The notes under the pieces were generated by a model. That model saw nothing but the letters and a program-made list of their open reading frames with translations, did no database searches and was not told the DNA's origin. From Minisyncoccota bacterium (GTDB taxonomy: Bacteria; Patescibacteriota; Minisyncoccia; Phycocordibacterales; UBA2100), in assembly GCA_036517335.1 (NCBI GenBank), contig DATDWX010000020.1, positions 1-53,365 of the forward strand: DNA of 53,365 nucleotides, in the 5' to 3' direction. Positions 34,160 to 44,908 of the stretch are shown in pieces. The number at the start of each line of letters is the position of its first letter. Position 1 is the stretch's first letter. The translations under genes were made by a program, and so were the position numbers.

Positions 34160-34318
34160 ATGAATAAACGAATGTTGACAGACAAGAAAAAGCTCTTGCG
34201 GCAGGAGGATCATCTGACGCGCCCGCCGCGATTGGAAGGCAAAGCGAAGAATGCGGGACTTGAGCCAGTGCGCAAGAAAAAGAAATCGCACTCCAAGACT
34301 GAAAAAAAGGCGAAATGA
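34160..34318 (+). CDS. Small lysine-rich protein (52 aa)
   Basis: TACTAT lies 6 nt upstream of the ATG. Its stop overlaps the next gene's start (ATGA). Confidence 0.35.
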   Translation: MNKRMLTDKKKLLRQEDHLTRPPRLEGKAKNAGLEPVRKKKKSHSKTEKKAK

Positions 34319-34977
34319 TATTGCACGATCGGGCAGATGCTGGCAAGCGCCTTGCGAAGGCGCTTGCCGTCTATCGCGCTACAAACGCGGTCGTTCTTGC
34401 GCTACCGCGCGGAGGCGTGGTGGTCGGAGCGGTAATTGCCAGCACGCTGGGGCTTCCGCTTGATATCATAGCGGTACGCAAGATTGGCCATCCAAACAAT
34501 GAAGAATATGCAATCGGCGCGGTGAATGCTGAAGGAACACTGCTGTGGGACGAGGCCGCGCGCGGAGTGGACGAAGTGTGGTTGCAGGAAGAGGCCGCTC
34601 GGCAGCAGCGGGAGGCGCAGCGCCGCGCGATCCTGTATCGCGGAGCGCGGGCGCCGCTTGATCTTGCCGGGAAGATTGCAATCATCGTAGACGACGGCAT
34701 TGCAACTGGTCTTACGATGCGACTTGCGATCGCGTCGGTGAAGGCGCAAAATCCCGCGCGTGTTGTCGTTGCGGTTCCCGTTGCTCCGTCGGATTCAGTA
34801 CACGCGATAAGTAATGAAGTCGATGAAACCATCGTGCTCGCTCCGGCCGACGAATTTCTCGGCGCGGTCGGCGCTCATTATGATAGGTTCGAGCAGGTGG
34901 ATGATGATGAGGTTGTCCGGCTCATGGATGCAGCATCACCGATCGCATATTCCGAAAGGCACGAGAAGGGGAAATAG
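34315..34977 (+). CDS. Phosphoribosyltransferase-family protein
   Basis: PRPP loop KIAIIVDDGIATGLTM. N-terminal VVLALPRGGVVVG. Confidence 0.7.
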   Translation: MILHDRADAGKRLAKALAVYRATNAVVLALPRGGVVVGAVIASTLGLPLDIIAVRKIGHPNNEEYAIGAVNAEGTLLWDEAARGVDEVWLQEEAARQQREAQRRAILYRGARAPLDLAGKIAIIVDDGIATGLTMRLAIASVKAQNPARVVVAVPVAPSDSVHAISNEVDETIVLAPADEFLGAVGAHYDRFEQVDDDEVVRLMDAASPIAYSERHEKGK

Positions 34978-35077
34978 CCGAGCCGAGTATTTTCAGAAAT
35001 TCCTCGAACTATTATGGTGCAAAACAAATCCTCCACGCGCGCAGGGGCGTGGAGGATCGAGGCGGACCGCGGGGCGG

Positions 35078-35668
35078 TCAGATAGGCTGTACGTCGGGTA
35101 CTGCGGATCCCCGGGCTTGTGGGAAATTGCGCGGTGCTCGCAGAAGCAATGTCCTGAACAACCAATCGGCGAACGGGAACACGACATTGTAGTTTTTCCA
35201 CATGTATTGGTGGTGCAAGAGGTGGTGAGCATTGAGCCAGCGAAATATTCGTCTCCCCTCGATCCACCGATCCATCGGGGCGTGGAAGCACCAGTGCAGT
35301 CGTTCGTACACCCCGTAGTATCCCGCGAAGGTAAAGAGAGCCGTCCAAAAGATGGTCCACCCTTCGGCGTCGCCGATGAAGTGACCGACTAGACTTGCGA
35401 CTGGCACGACCGGAATCATTCCGACCACCACCAATGCCGGACCATTCCACCACGTCATGGGGATTTGTGTATCCCCACACGAGTCGAGTAAGTGGTAAGA
35501 CGCATCAGCTTTGTATCTCACGTGGTGAACCAGGGCATGTTTCCTGTACGGATAGTCGAACCATCGTCTCCGTGTGTGCATCAGGTGCTTGTGCAGATTC
35601 CACTCTGCTATCGAGGCGTACAGTATGCCGAACGCCAGGGTCGAAAAGATCGTCAGAGCAATCGACAT
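35078..35668 (-). CDS. Fatty-acid hydroxylase/sterol-desaturase superfamily membrane protein
   Basis: His boxes HKHLMH, HALVHH and HHLLHH in a multi-TM protein. Confidence 0.6.
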   Translation of the reverse strand: MSIALTIFSTLAFGILYASIAEWNLHKHLMHTRRRWFDYPYRKHALVHHVRYKADASYHLLDSCGDTQIPMTWWNGPALVVVGMIPVVPVASLVGHFIGDAEGWTIFWTALFTFAGYYGVYERLHWCFHAPMDRWIEGRRIFRWLNAHHLLHHQYMWKNYNVVFPFADWLFRTLLLRAPRNFPQARGSAVPDVQPI

Positions 35669-35750
35669 ATCGTTCCCCCTCTTCCAGACAGTTCAGTTGC
35701 TCACACTAGTATAGCAAAATAAAAACAGGCTCAGCCAATTAATCGGCGGA

Positions 35751-36458
35751 CTATGCCAAAGCTAACGCACGTAAAAATGATGCAAGCTCTGCGTCTTTGA
35801 GCGCGCGGTGTTCGCCCAGCTTTAGCCCGGCGAGTTTGATATTCATGATGCGTATGCGCTCCAAATCGGCAGTGACGTAGCCTAAGCTCGCGCACATGCG
35901 GCGGATTTGATGCTTCTTGCCTTCGGTGAGCGTGATGGAGAATTTTTTCTCGCCTAAAATTTTCACTGTGCAGGGTTTGGTCGTATATCCTTCGATATTC
36001 ACACCTTTTTCCATACGTTCTCTGAAATTCGCGGCAAGCGTTTCTTTGACGGTCACGACATATTCTTTTTCGTGCTCGTATTCGGGATTCAGTAGCTTGT
36101 CAGTGATGCGGCCGTCGTCGGTAAGGATGATGAGGCCGTGTGAATCCTTATCGAGTCGGCCCACCGGAAAGACGCCCACTAGCGAAGTAGCCTGCCGTAT
36201 CTCTTTTTCGCCGAGCTGTGGCGAGTGCGTGATGATGCCGCGCGATTTGTTATAAGCGAAGTAGCGCATATTCTTGGCGCGGAAATGCACATCCACTTTG
36301 TCGGCCTCGGCAACGATGTCGCCGAGCTTGGCTTTGCGACCATTGATGAGCACTTTACCCGCCGAAATCAGTGTGTCCGCCTCGCGGCGCGTGCAGTAAT
36401 TCTTGTGCGCGAGGTACTTATTGATGCGCATGGGAAATATGGCGGTGTCGGTGGTCAT
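35751..36458 (-). CDS. Pseudouridine synthase, RsuA/RluB/E/F family
   Basis: S4 domain RINKYLAHKNYCTRREADTLISAGKVLING plus catalytic GRLDKDSHGLIILTDDG. The ATG overlaps the upstream stop. Confidence 0.85.
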   Translation of the reverse strand: MTTDTAIFPMRINKYLAHKNYCTRREADTLISAGKVLINGRKAKLGDIVAEADKVDVHFRAKNMRYFAYNKSRGIITHSPQLGEKEIRQATSLVGVFPVGRLDKDSHGLIILTDDGRITDKLLNPEYEHEKEYVVTVKETLAANFRERMEKGVNIEGYTTKPCTVKILGEKKFSITLTEGKKHQIRRMCASLGYVTADLERIRIMNIKLAGLKLGEHRALKDAELASFLRALALA

Positions 36459-37702
36459 ACAGCATTGCCTGCGACGTACCCGGTGGTCCAACATAATTGT
36501 AGCGAATAGCCGCCCGAGGGCCGACTGATATGCAGCACGTCGCCGATGAGATAGAGGTTGGAAATGATGCGCGAGCGCATCGTACGTGTATCCACCTCTT
36601 CCAGTATGACGCCGCCATCAGAGACGACCGCGCGATCGAATCCCATGAGACCGATGATGTCGGCTTGCATAGCCTTTAGGAGGTGAACGAGTCGCCGACG
36701 ATCTTCTTTTGGAAAACTGTGCGCCTTGGTATCAGTTCCCACTTTCATCAGTGCGAGTACAGCGTTGGCCACTCCGCGCGGCACGATCTCGGGGAGCACA
36801 TTAATCAATTGCCTATTCTTGCCAGCGTCGATCGCCGCAAGTATCTTCTTGTCCAGCGCGGGAAAATCCATTTCGGGGAAAAGGTCTATAGCACAGGTGA
36901 CGTCGCCAGCAAGCAGAAGGTCGCCCACCTGTGCCGCGCTGTTGAGTATCATTGGGCCAGAGAGCCCGAAGTGAGTGAAGAGGAGCGGTCCTGCTTTTGA
37001 GAATGCACGTTTTCCCTCACAGAAAAAGATGATCTTCACGTTTTCAATGGTCGTTCCTGCCAATTTTTTGACCCATGCATCGCTCATCTTGAGCGGCACG
37101 ATGGAGGGAGAGGCCGGGCGCACCGTGTGTCCCATCTCCGCGAGCCAGCGGAAGCCGTCGCCCGTCGAGCCCGTTTCGGGATGGGACATGCCGCCCGTTG
37201 CGATTATGAACGAATCCGCCGTGTAAGTGCCGCCATTGTAAACCGCTGCCATGATACGGCCACTTTTGGCGCGGAGTGCGCTCACGGCCGTTCTCGTTCG
37301 GACAGCAACACCGGCATCCTGAAGATATTTTTCAAGCGTTTTGGTGACGTCGGTTGCCCGGTGTGTAGCAGGAAATGCGCGCTTGCGTGCCTCGACCACC
37401 AGCGGCAGGCCGCGCGTGGTAAAAAGATCGAAAGTATCCTGCACACTGAATTGCGAGAGCGGGGAGTGGAGGAATTTCTCTCCCGAGCCGTAGTGTTTGA
37501 GGAATGCACGCTTATCGAACTCGGCATTGGTGATGTTGCATCTACCACCGCCCGTGATGTCGAGCTTTTTGCCGAGCTTGGTATTTTTCTCCAGAAGCAC
37601 GACGGATTTTCCGCGCTCTGCAGCCCGCAGCGCGGCCATCATGCCCGCCGGCCCCCCACCGATGACGGCGACGTCATAGTGATCTGCAGCCTTCATTCCC
37701 AC
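36455..37702 (-). CDS. HI0933/BaiN-like FAD-dependent flavoprotein
   Basis: YDVAVIGGGPAGMMAA and TGGGRCNITN. Confidence 0.8.
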   Translation of the reverse strand: MGMKAADHYDVAVIGGGPAGMMAALRAAERGKSVVLLEKNTKLGKKLDITGGGRCNITNAEFDKRAFLKHYGSGEKFLHSPLSQFSVQDTFDLFTTRGLPLVVEARKRAFPATHRATDVTKTLEKYLQDAGVAVRTRTAVSALRAKSGRIMAAVYNGGTYTADSFIIATGGMSHPETGSTGDGFRWLAEMGHTVRPASPSIVPLKMSDAWVKKLAGTTIENVKIIFFCEGKRAFSKAGPLLFTHFGLSGPMILNSAAQVGDLLLAGDVTCAIDLFPEMDFPALDKKILAAIDAGKNRQLINVLPEIVPRGVANAVLALMKVGTDTKAHSFPKEDRRRLVHLLKAMQADIIGLMGFDRAVVSDGGVILEEVDTRTMRSRIISNLYLIGDVLHISRPSGGYSLQLCWTTGYVAGNAV

Positions 37703-37890
37703 TGTATAACAGCATTCGCGATTACTTGCGAATAGTTCTGGAGTGGTAGGACTTATGGAAATTGATGCAGTTCTAGGAGCACAAACAAAATAGAGTGGAG
37801 TGTACTATTCGTACACTGAGCGAAATTTTGTGCAGTGCGACAACGAAATGCGCGATTTCCGTAAGTCCTCACAAGTGATAGCATGCGAAT

Positions 37891-38853
37891 ATGTTGGTAG
37901 ACGAAATAACAATACGGTTGCGCGGCGGCAACGGCGGCAAGGGTGCCGTGGCTTTTCAAAAGGTGAAACTTATGCAAGGCCCTACCGGCGCTGACGGCGG
38001 CCGGGGCGGCAATGTCTACCTCGAAGGCGTGACCGATATCGGGGCTCTGATGAACTATGCGAGCCGCAAGGAAATGCATGCCGAAGACGGCAAGAATGGT
38101 CGCGGACAATTCATCGACGGCCGCGCGGGAGAAGATCTGGTGCTGAAAATCCCAACGGGCACGACCATCACCAATCTTGATACTGGCTATGTGAAGGAAA
38201 TTACGCGGGCGGGGGAGCGCATCCTCGCAGCAGGCGGAGGCGAGAGTGGCCGCGGCAATTTCAAATTTCGCTCCTCCATCAATACCACACCAATGGAATC
38301 CGAAGAGGGGAAAGTGGGCGACGTGGCGAATTTTCGTCTCGAGCTCCGCCTCATCGCCGACGTAGGGCTCGTCGGCTTGCCCAATGCTGGCAAATCGAGC
38401 TTGCTCAATGAGCTTACTGCTGCCAAGAGCCGCGTGGCCAATTACGCCTTCACCACGCTTGAGCCCAATTTGGGCGCATACTATGGGCTTATCATCGCCG
38501 ACATCCCCGGCCTCATCGAAGGCGCCTCGGGAGGCAAGGGCCTCGGCGTAAAATTTCTCAAGCACATCGAACGTACCAAAGTACTCTTCCATCTTCTATC
38601 CGCCGAGTCCGACGACCCCGCAAGAGATTACAAAATCATTCGTGACGAGCTGGATAAATACAATCCCGAACTAACGAAAAAAACCGAGCTCGTTTTCCTC
38701 ACCAAGACCGACGCAGTATCTGCGAAAGAATTGAAAGAAAAATTAGCGAAGCTTAAGAAAATAAAAATCAAAGCAACGCCGGTTTCTATTCTCGACGCAG
38801 AAAGTTTGAACGCGGTAAAAAAGATACTCAATAAAATCGCGAGCGAAGCTTGA
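37891..38853 (+). CDS. obg: GTPase Obg
   Basis: GGNGGKGAVAF...GGRGGNVYLEG, G1 GLPNAGKSSLL, G3 DIPGLIEGA. TAGCAT lies 6 nt upstream of the ATG. Confidence 0.9.
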   Translation: MLVDEITIRLRGGNGGKGAVAFQKVKLMQGPTGADGGRGGNVYLEGVTDIGALMNYASRKEMHAEDGKNGRGQFIDGRAGEDLVLKIPTGTTITNLDTGYVKEITRAGERILAAGGGESGRGNFKFRSSINTTPMESEEGKVGDVANFRLELRLIADVGLVGLPNAGKSSLLNELTAAKSRVANYAFTTLEPNLGAYYGLIIADIPGLIEGASGGKGLGVKFLKHIERTKVLFHLLSAESDDPARDYKIIRDELDKYNPELTKKTELVFLTKTDAVSAKELKEKLAKLKKIKIKATPVSILDAESLNAVKKILNKIASEA

Positions 38854-38879
38854 CAGGAATATAGCGATTTTGCTATACT
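38850..38879 (+). promoter_or_regulatory. Promoter with embedded inverted repeat upstream of higB-like gene
   Basis: TTGACA, 18 nt, TATACT. ATAGC-GATTTT-GCTAT (38861-38876) overlaps the spacer and the -10. Confidence 0.5.
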
Positions 38880-38911
38880 GCTCGCAGCCGATAGGAGTGT
38901 ATTATTAGGCT

Positions 38912-39220
38912 ATGCAAAAGCAGTTGCAGACGATTGTTCTAAGAGGGGTAAAGAGCTATATCGCTGAAATCTCTGAAGCAGATCGCGGTAGGATTTATCG
39001 GAATATAGAAGCGTTGGCACTCGGTAACCTAGAGGGACTGCGTACGAAACAGTTGCGAGGGCCGATACACGAATTGATCAGAGGCAATCATCGCCTGACA
39101 TATTTCAAGTTGAATGACAGACTCTACTTGGTCCGAGGATTCCGCAAGAAGAGTGCGAAGACCCCGAAGCAAGAAATTGAGTATGCCGAGGACATATTAA
39201 TGAGGATCAGAGAATCATAA
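38912..39220 (+). CDS. HigB/Gp49-like RelE-fold toxin
   Basis: LRGPIHELIRGNHRLTYFKLNDRLYLVRGFRKKSAKTPKQEIEYA. Followed by an XRE antitoxin. Confidence 0.6.
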   Translation: MQKQLQTIVLRGVKSYIAEISEADRGRIYRNIEALALGNLEGLRTKQLRGPIHELIRGNHRLTYFKLNDRLYLVRGFRKKSAKTPKQEIEYAEDILMRIRES

Positions 39221-39230
39221 AAAATAGCTT

Positions 39231-39530
39231 ATGAAAAAAATCAAAATTACGAAGAAAGATCTCAAATTCTACATGCTTGCCGAGGTGTTTAAGGACAGGA
39301 ACACCAAAGAGTTTCAAAGAGGGTACCGAGAAGAATCGGGTCGCATCGCGCTTGCCCAAAAAATCCGAGAGACTCGGGAGAAAAAGCACCTGACGCAAAA
39401 GGCGGTCGCACACAAAGCATTGATGCCGCAATCGGTGATCGCCCGCCTCGAAAGCGGTGATCATGGCGTCTCGCTCGACACCTTGAGTCGCGTCGCCCAC
39501 GCGCTGGGGAAGCGGGTTGAGATCGTTTAG
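39231..39530 (+). CDS. HigA-like XRE-family antitoxin
   Basis: KHLTQKAVAHKALMPQSVIARLESGDHGVSLDTLSRVAHALG. Confidence 0.65.
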   Translation: MKKIKITKKDLKFYMLAEVFKDRNTKEFQRGYREESGRIALAQKIRETREKKHLTQKAVAHKALMPQSVIARLESGDHGVSLDTLSRVAHALGKRVEIV

Positions 39531-39536
39531 GTTTTA

Positions 39537-39560
39537 GAAAACGGTACCTGACACCTGACC
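39537..39560 (+). repeat. GTACCTGACAC motif, copy C
   Basis: GAAAACGGTACCTGACACCTGACC, 7 nt after the antitoxin stop. Confidence 0.85.
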
Positions 39561-39571
39561 CTTGATCAGTT

Positions 39572-39808
39572 CTATGAGGAGGCTCTTGTCACGATCTTGT
39601 ATATTTTGTAAGAAAGGTATCCTGCTGCCAACAGCGCAAGAAGATCATTTAAATTGCCGCCGATAAATGCCACGGTAGGATTTTCAGCAGCATGCAGACC
39701 CATTGCTCCAAGAACAAAAGAAATAATCACAACAAATACATTTCGCAGAATAAAGGTACCTGCTACGAATACCACGATTGCCAATACTACACCTGAAGCT
39801 TTTTTCAT
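39572..39808 (-). CDS. Small membrane protein (78 aa)
   Basis: Two hydrophobic helices. Tandem with the next small membrane ORF. Confidence 0.45.
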   Translation of the reverse strand: MKKASGVVLAIVVFVAGTFILRNVFVVIISFVLGAMGLHAAENPTVAFIGGNLNDLLALLAAGYLSYKIYKIVTRASS

Positions 39809-39810
39809 AC

Positions 39811-40017
39811 TTAAACGCTTTGAATACTTAATAAAAGAAAAACGATAAAAAGTACAACGCTCAGAATCGACACTAATTTAATCCACATGGGTAAAGAACG
39901 CAGCGGCGTGCCGTAATAACGAAAAGCAATAGCCAACAACACGTTGGCGAATGCGGTAGCAAGGGAGTGCGAAATTACCAAACTATATGCCGCATACCCT
40001 AAAAACAAGAGAGGCAA
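39811..40017 (-). CDS. Small membrane protein (68 aa)
   Basis: Two hydrophobic helices. Its stop lies 2 nt before the downstream ORF's start. Confidence 0.45.
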   Translation of the reverse strand: MPLLFLGYAAYSLVISHSLATAFANVLLAIAFRYYGTPLRSLPMWIKLVSILSVVLFIVFLLLSIQSV

Positions 40018-40132
40018 TTATAGTAGTCCTAAATAATGTAAGGCCGTAGGCCTGCATTTCCTTGGGAGATTTCGACCTCAAGTCCATATCGGCTCACTGT
40101 ACCATGTATTGTGTGTCGAATAGCCATGAATG

Positions 40133-40161
40133 TTGACAACCTCCTTGCAATCTGCTACCAT
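40133..40161 (+). promoter_or_regulatory. Promoter for the DEAD-box helicase (long 5' UTR)
   Basis: TTGACA, 17 nt, TACCAT, ~175 nt upstream of ATG 40337. Confidence 0.5.
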
Positions 40162-40275
40162 TCATCTTGTCAGACATTCTCTATTGGTTTTTTGTCTTGG
40201 GATACCCAAGGCCGCCCGCTAGCTAGCACACGAGGCGTGAACCTTCCCGAGATAGTTCGACACTATTTTACCCCG

Positions 40276-40304
40276 GGCACTTTCTTAAAATTCTAGAAAG
40301 TGCC
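40276..40304 (+). promoter_or_regulatory. 10-bp perfect hairpin in the helicase 5' UTR
   Basis: GGCACTTTCT-TAAAATTCT-AGAAAGTGCC, followed by a second hairpin GCCGG-TCAACT-CCGGC. Confidence 0.7.
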
Positions 40305-40336
40305 GGGCAAGCCGGTCAACTCCGGCATATACACTT

Positions 40337-41643
<1,307 letters not shown>

Positions 41644-41647
<4 letters not shown>

Positions 41648-41772
41648 AGTGGGCCGTTCGAGTAGCCGAGCCGCTCCGCACCGCCATCTCGGTGTGTGCT
41701 TGCGGCGGCAAATACATCAAAACGCGGAAAGATCAGCGGACCTGTTTGCGTTGCCTCAAGGAGGCCAAATAG
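41644..41772 (+). CDS. Micro-ORF, 42-aa zinc-ribbon-like protein coupled to the helicase
   Basis: The ATG overlaps the helicase TGA (GTATGA). MKWAVRVAEPLRTAISVCACGGKYIKTRKDQRTCLRCLKEAK (CxC...CxxC). Confidence 0.4.
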
Positions 41773-41840
41773 GGGCAGCGAGGGTAGACGGTGGCGAACG
41801 AAGTGCTATTATGATTGACATATTAGTCAATGATTTTCAT

Positions 41841-42341
41841 ATGGCGACAAGAAAACAAACGATCGTGGCACGACGCAACATCAAAAAGGCGCAGGCAAAA
41901 TGGAAGGGGATGACGCACCGGCAACGCGCGCTCGCACAGCCGCAAGGTCGTGCGCGCAAGTTGCCCGGCACGACCGGCAAAGGGCAATTTTATCGCATCG
42001 AAGTGCGACCGAAAGGCGATTTCGTCACCTTCCGCAATCAGGATGTCGGCAAGAAGGGCGGCTTGGAGCGCCTCGCGGGCAAGCGCCGGAGCGGCAGCTG
42101 GGATACCGTGTCGTGGCTCGTGAGCAAAAAAGATGCACACGTAAAGAGCGGACACCTGATGATCACTGACAAAAAGGCACGCACTGTTCTCAAAAGCATC
42201 CGCGGCCACATCGTGCATGTAAAGGGTGATGTATTCAAGGCGCATCCACGCAAAAATGTTCCGGAAGCAGCGAAGCCAACCCCCGCAATGCACCGCGCGC
42301 AAAAAGCAAATATCAAAAAAGCGCAGCGAAGACGATGGTGA
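41841..42341 (+). CDS. Conserved-looking basic protein of unknown function (166 aa)
   Basis: Core GQFYRIEVRPKGDFVTFRNQDVGKKGGLERLAGKRRSGSWDTVSWLVSKKDAH. The upstream part of track ORF 41364..42341 is an alternate frame of the helicase tail. Confidence 0.6.
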   Translation: MATRKQTIVARRNIKKAQAKWKGMTHRQRALAQPQGRARKLPGTTGKGQFYRIEVRPKGDFVTFRNQDVGKKGGLERLAGKRRSGSWDTVSWLVSKKDAHVKSGHLMITDKKARTVLKSIRGHIVHVKGDVFKAHPRKNVPEAAKPTPAMHRAQKANIKKAQRRRW

Positions 42342-42416
42342 TAGTGTTTTGTTGGTCCAACAATCCACAAATTCCTGCAATGCGCTCGGCCTGTACGCGG
42401 TGCATACTGCTCTGAT

Positions 42417-43736
42417 ATGCGCACGACGGTATGGTACACATTGGGGTATTTCAAACAGCGCGCGCGGTCTACCTTCTCCTCGCTTTCCATACGCAATTAT
42501 CGGCTGTATTTTATCGGGCAGGGAATTTCGATCTCCGGCACGTGGATGCAGACCGTCGCACAAGGCTGGCTCGTATTGCAGCTTACCGGCTCTGGCACGC
42601 AGGTAGGCTTCGTCGTTGCGCTTCAATTCTTACCGCTTCTCTTCATCACACCCTTCGGTGGAATGATAGCCGACTCGTTCCCAAAGCGTCGCACGCTCTT
42701 CATCACACAAGGGTTTTTTATCCTGCAGCAACTCACGCTCGGCATCATCGTCCTTACCGGTGTTGTAGAGATGTGGATGATCTACTATCTCGCGCTCACC
42801 TTTGGCCTCATAAATGCGGTAGACAATCCCACGCGGCAGGCCTTCGTCTCCGAACTCGTTGATCGCGACCATGTGAGGAACGCAATTGCACTGAACGCTA
42901 CCGAGAACAATCTCGCACGCGCCGTCGGCCCATCTATCGGCGCCATCTTGATCGCGGGTATTGGCATCGGATTTTGTTTTATTGCCAATGCTTTCTCTAC
43001 GCTCGCGGTCATCACTGCGCTTTTTATGCTCGATACGAAAAGGTTGCAACCGCATGCATCACCTGTGCGCCTGCATCCCCTAAAGCAGCTCTCCGAAGCC
43101 TGGCGCTATGTGAAGAAAACACCGCTCATTCGCAACACGCTCATCATGGCGGTGGTGATAGGCACGTTCGCGTACGAATTCCAGATTACGCTGCCGATCC
43201 TAGCCAAATTCGCTTTCGGCACCGATGCGGCAGCTTATTCACGCTTGTGGGTGGCTTTTGGGCTTGGGTCGGTAGTGGGAGGATTGGTGGCAGCAGGGCG
43301 CAAGCGAGTCGCTCCGCACACGCTGGTCGGCGCGGCGATTCTCTTCGGCTTCTCAATGCTTCTCGTTTCTTTGATGCCCACGCTCGACTGGGCGGTGGCT
43401 GGGATGCTCCTTGTGGGATTCTTCTCGATCAATTTCACCTCGCTCGCCAACACCAGCTTGCAGCTCAAAGCAGAGCCTGCGATGCGTGGGCGCGTTATGA
43501 GCCTTTGGACGATGGCGATGCTCGGCTCGACCCCCATAGGTGGCCCCATCGTGGGCGCTGTCGCCGAGCATTTTGGGGCGAGGTGGGGGATAGCGCTCGG
43601 TGGATTGGCCGCGCTCGTTGCTGGGGCATTCGCCGCACGGACACTTCTGAAGAACGATCGCTCCGAAGTAGTGCCAGAGAGCATCCGCACCGCCGATCTC
43701 GAGGCCGAAGGCCGCGAGGAAGCGAAGTTTAAGTGA
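42417..43736 (+). CDS. MFS transporter (MFS_3/EntS-like exporter)
   Basis: ~12 TM segments. FSSLSIRNYRLYFIGQGISISGTWMQTVAQGWLVL is typical of this MFS subgroup. Confidence 0.75.
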   Translation: MRTTVWYTLGYFKQRARSTFSSLSIRNYRLYFIGQGISISGTWMQTVAQGWLVLQLTGSGTQVGFVVALQFLPLLFITPFGGMIADSFPKRRTLFITQGFFILQQLTLGIIVLTGVVEMWMIYYLALTFGLINAVDNPTRQAFVSELVDRDHVRNAIALNATENNLARAVGPSIGAILIAGIGIGFCFIANAFSTLAVITALFMLDTKRLQPHASPVRLHPLKQLSEAWRYVKKTPLIRNTLIMAVVIGTFAYEFQITLPILAKFAFGTDAAAYSRLWVAFGLGSVVGGLVAAGRKRVAPHTLVGAAILFGFSMLLVSLMPTLDWAVAGMLLVGFFSINFTSLANTSLQLKAEPAMRGRVMSLWTMAMLGSTPIGGPIVGAVAEHFGARWGIALGGLAALVAGAFAARTLLKNDRSEVVPESIRTADLEAEGREEAKFK

Positions 43737-43806
43737 GAGTTGCGTGCCTTGCGCAAAGGGCAGGGGGGTACTATTTCACCATTAGATAATAATCTCACTT
43801 TGAAGT

Positions 43807-44874
43807 ATGTCTGAAATACTTGCCTTTTTTGTTGGTCTCCTGCAGGCAACACTCTCCCTCCTGGGCTTCGTCCAAGCCAACCCTACGCTTCCGCCAGAAC
43901 AGCGCGATCAAGCCGTACAAGTCGCGCAGCAGGCGATTACCACTGCGACGAATGCGATCGCGTCTAATCGAAATTCGCAGGCACAGGGATTTTCAGCTTC
44001 CCCGAGTTCGGGACCAGCACCGCTGACCGTGACATTTTCCAACATTCCGACCAGTGCGGCTGAAGAAAATATACACTTCGGCGACGGGAAGGAAGCTTCT
44101 AATGGATTAAATGGTTGGCCTAGCAGTGGTGTTGTCCATACGTACACTGTACCAGGTACGTATACCGTCACCGTAATAAGTGGCATGTCTAATGGTGAAA
44201 TAGGACGCCTTACCGTAACCGTTACCAGCGCAAACACTCAATCATTTATCTCCATCCCCGGCATGAGCAAATACACATATCGAGACTTGAGCTTTTCTTT
44301 CTGGTATCCGAGTACAGCCCAGTCGGGTTATTATTCCTCGAAAGAGCTCTCTTTCATGCCCTTTTTCGATAATTATTCTCTTGCCGCCGGTTTGTTCATC
44401 AAAGGGAAAGTTGGTGAAATTTTTTTCGTAATACAAGATGCACCCTCTCGCAGCATAACGGTTGGAGCGGGCGACACACTGTATCAAAGTGAACAAGAAC
44501 CGAACTTGAAGCCAGTCAAGTATTATTTCGATACGGATACTCATACGTGGATGAAGGCGTATCCGTACGGAGCACCAAGTGGAACATCATCTGCGACAAC
44601 GACTGCATACACGGGCGATAACACAATGGGCGGACTTCACATGTTCGCTGGACCTGAATATGGAACGTGGATTGTTCCAATTAGTGCGCAACGTTTTTTG
44701 GTGATTCACAGTGGCACTTCGTATTCGAAAGGCCAAAATACAGAATTAGGCAAACAGGCGTATGCGCTTGCAAAAACCATCCTCGCCACTGACCCATCTG
44801 TCGCCACGCCGGTCTCTGCTGCCGAGCAGATTAAAATCATCCAGGCGGAAAAGGATGCATACACGGTGCAATAA
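43807..44874 (+). CDS. Signal-anchored protein with PKD domain
   Basis: SASPSSGPAPLTVTFS...FGDG...VVHTYTVPGTYTVTV. Confidence 0.65.
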   Translation: MSEILAFFVGLLQATLSLLGFVQANPTLPPEQRDQAVQVAQQAITTATNAIASNRNSQAQGFSASPSSGPAPLTVTFSNIPTSAAEENIHFGDGKEASNGLNGWPSSGVVHTYTVPGTYTVTVISGMSNGEIGRLTVTVTSANTQSFISIPGMSKYTYRDLSFSFWYPSTAQSGYYSSKELSFMPFFDNYSLAAGLFIKGKVGEIFFVIQDAPSRSITVGAGDTLYQSEQEPNLKPVKYYFDTDTHTWMKAYPYGAPSGTSSATTTAYTGDNTMGGLHMFAGPEYGTWIVPISAQRFLVIHSGTSYSKGQNTELGKQAYALAKTILATDPSVATPVSAAEQIKIIQAEKDAYTVQ

Positions 44875-44908
44875 AATAAAAGAGGGCGGTGTGCTATAGT
44901 GGGCGGAT

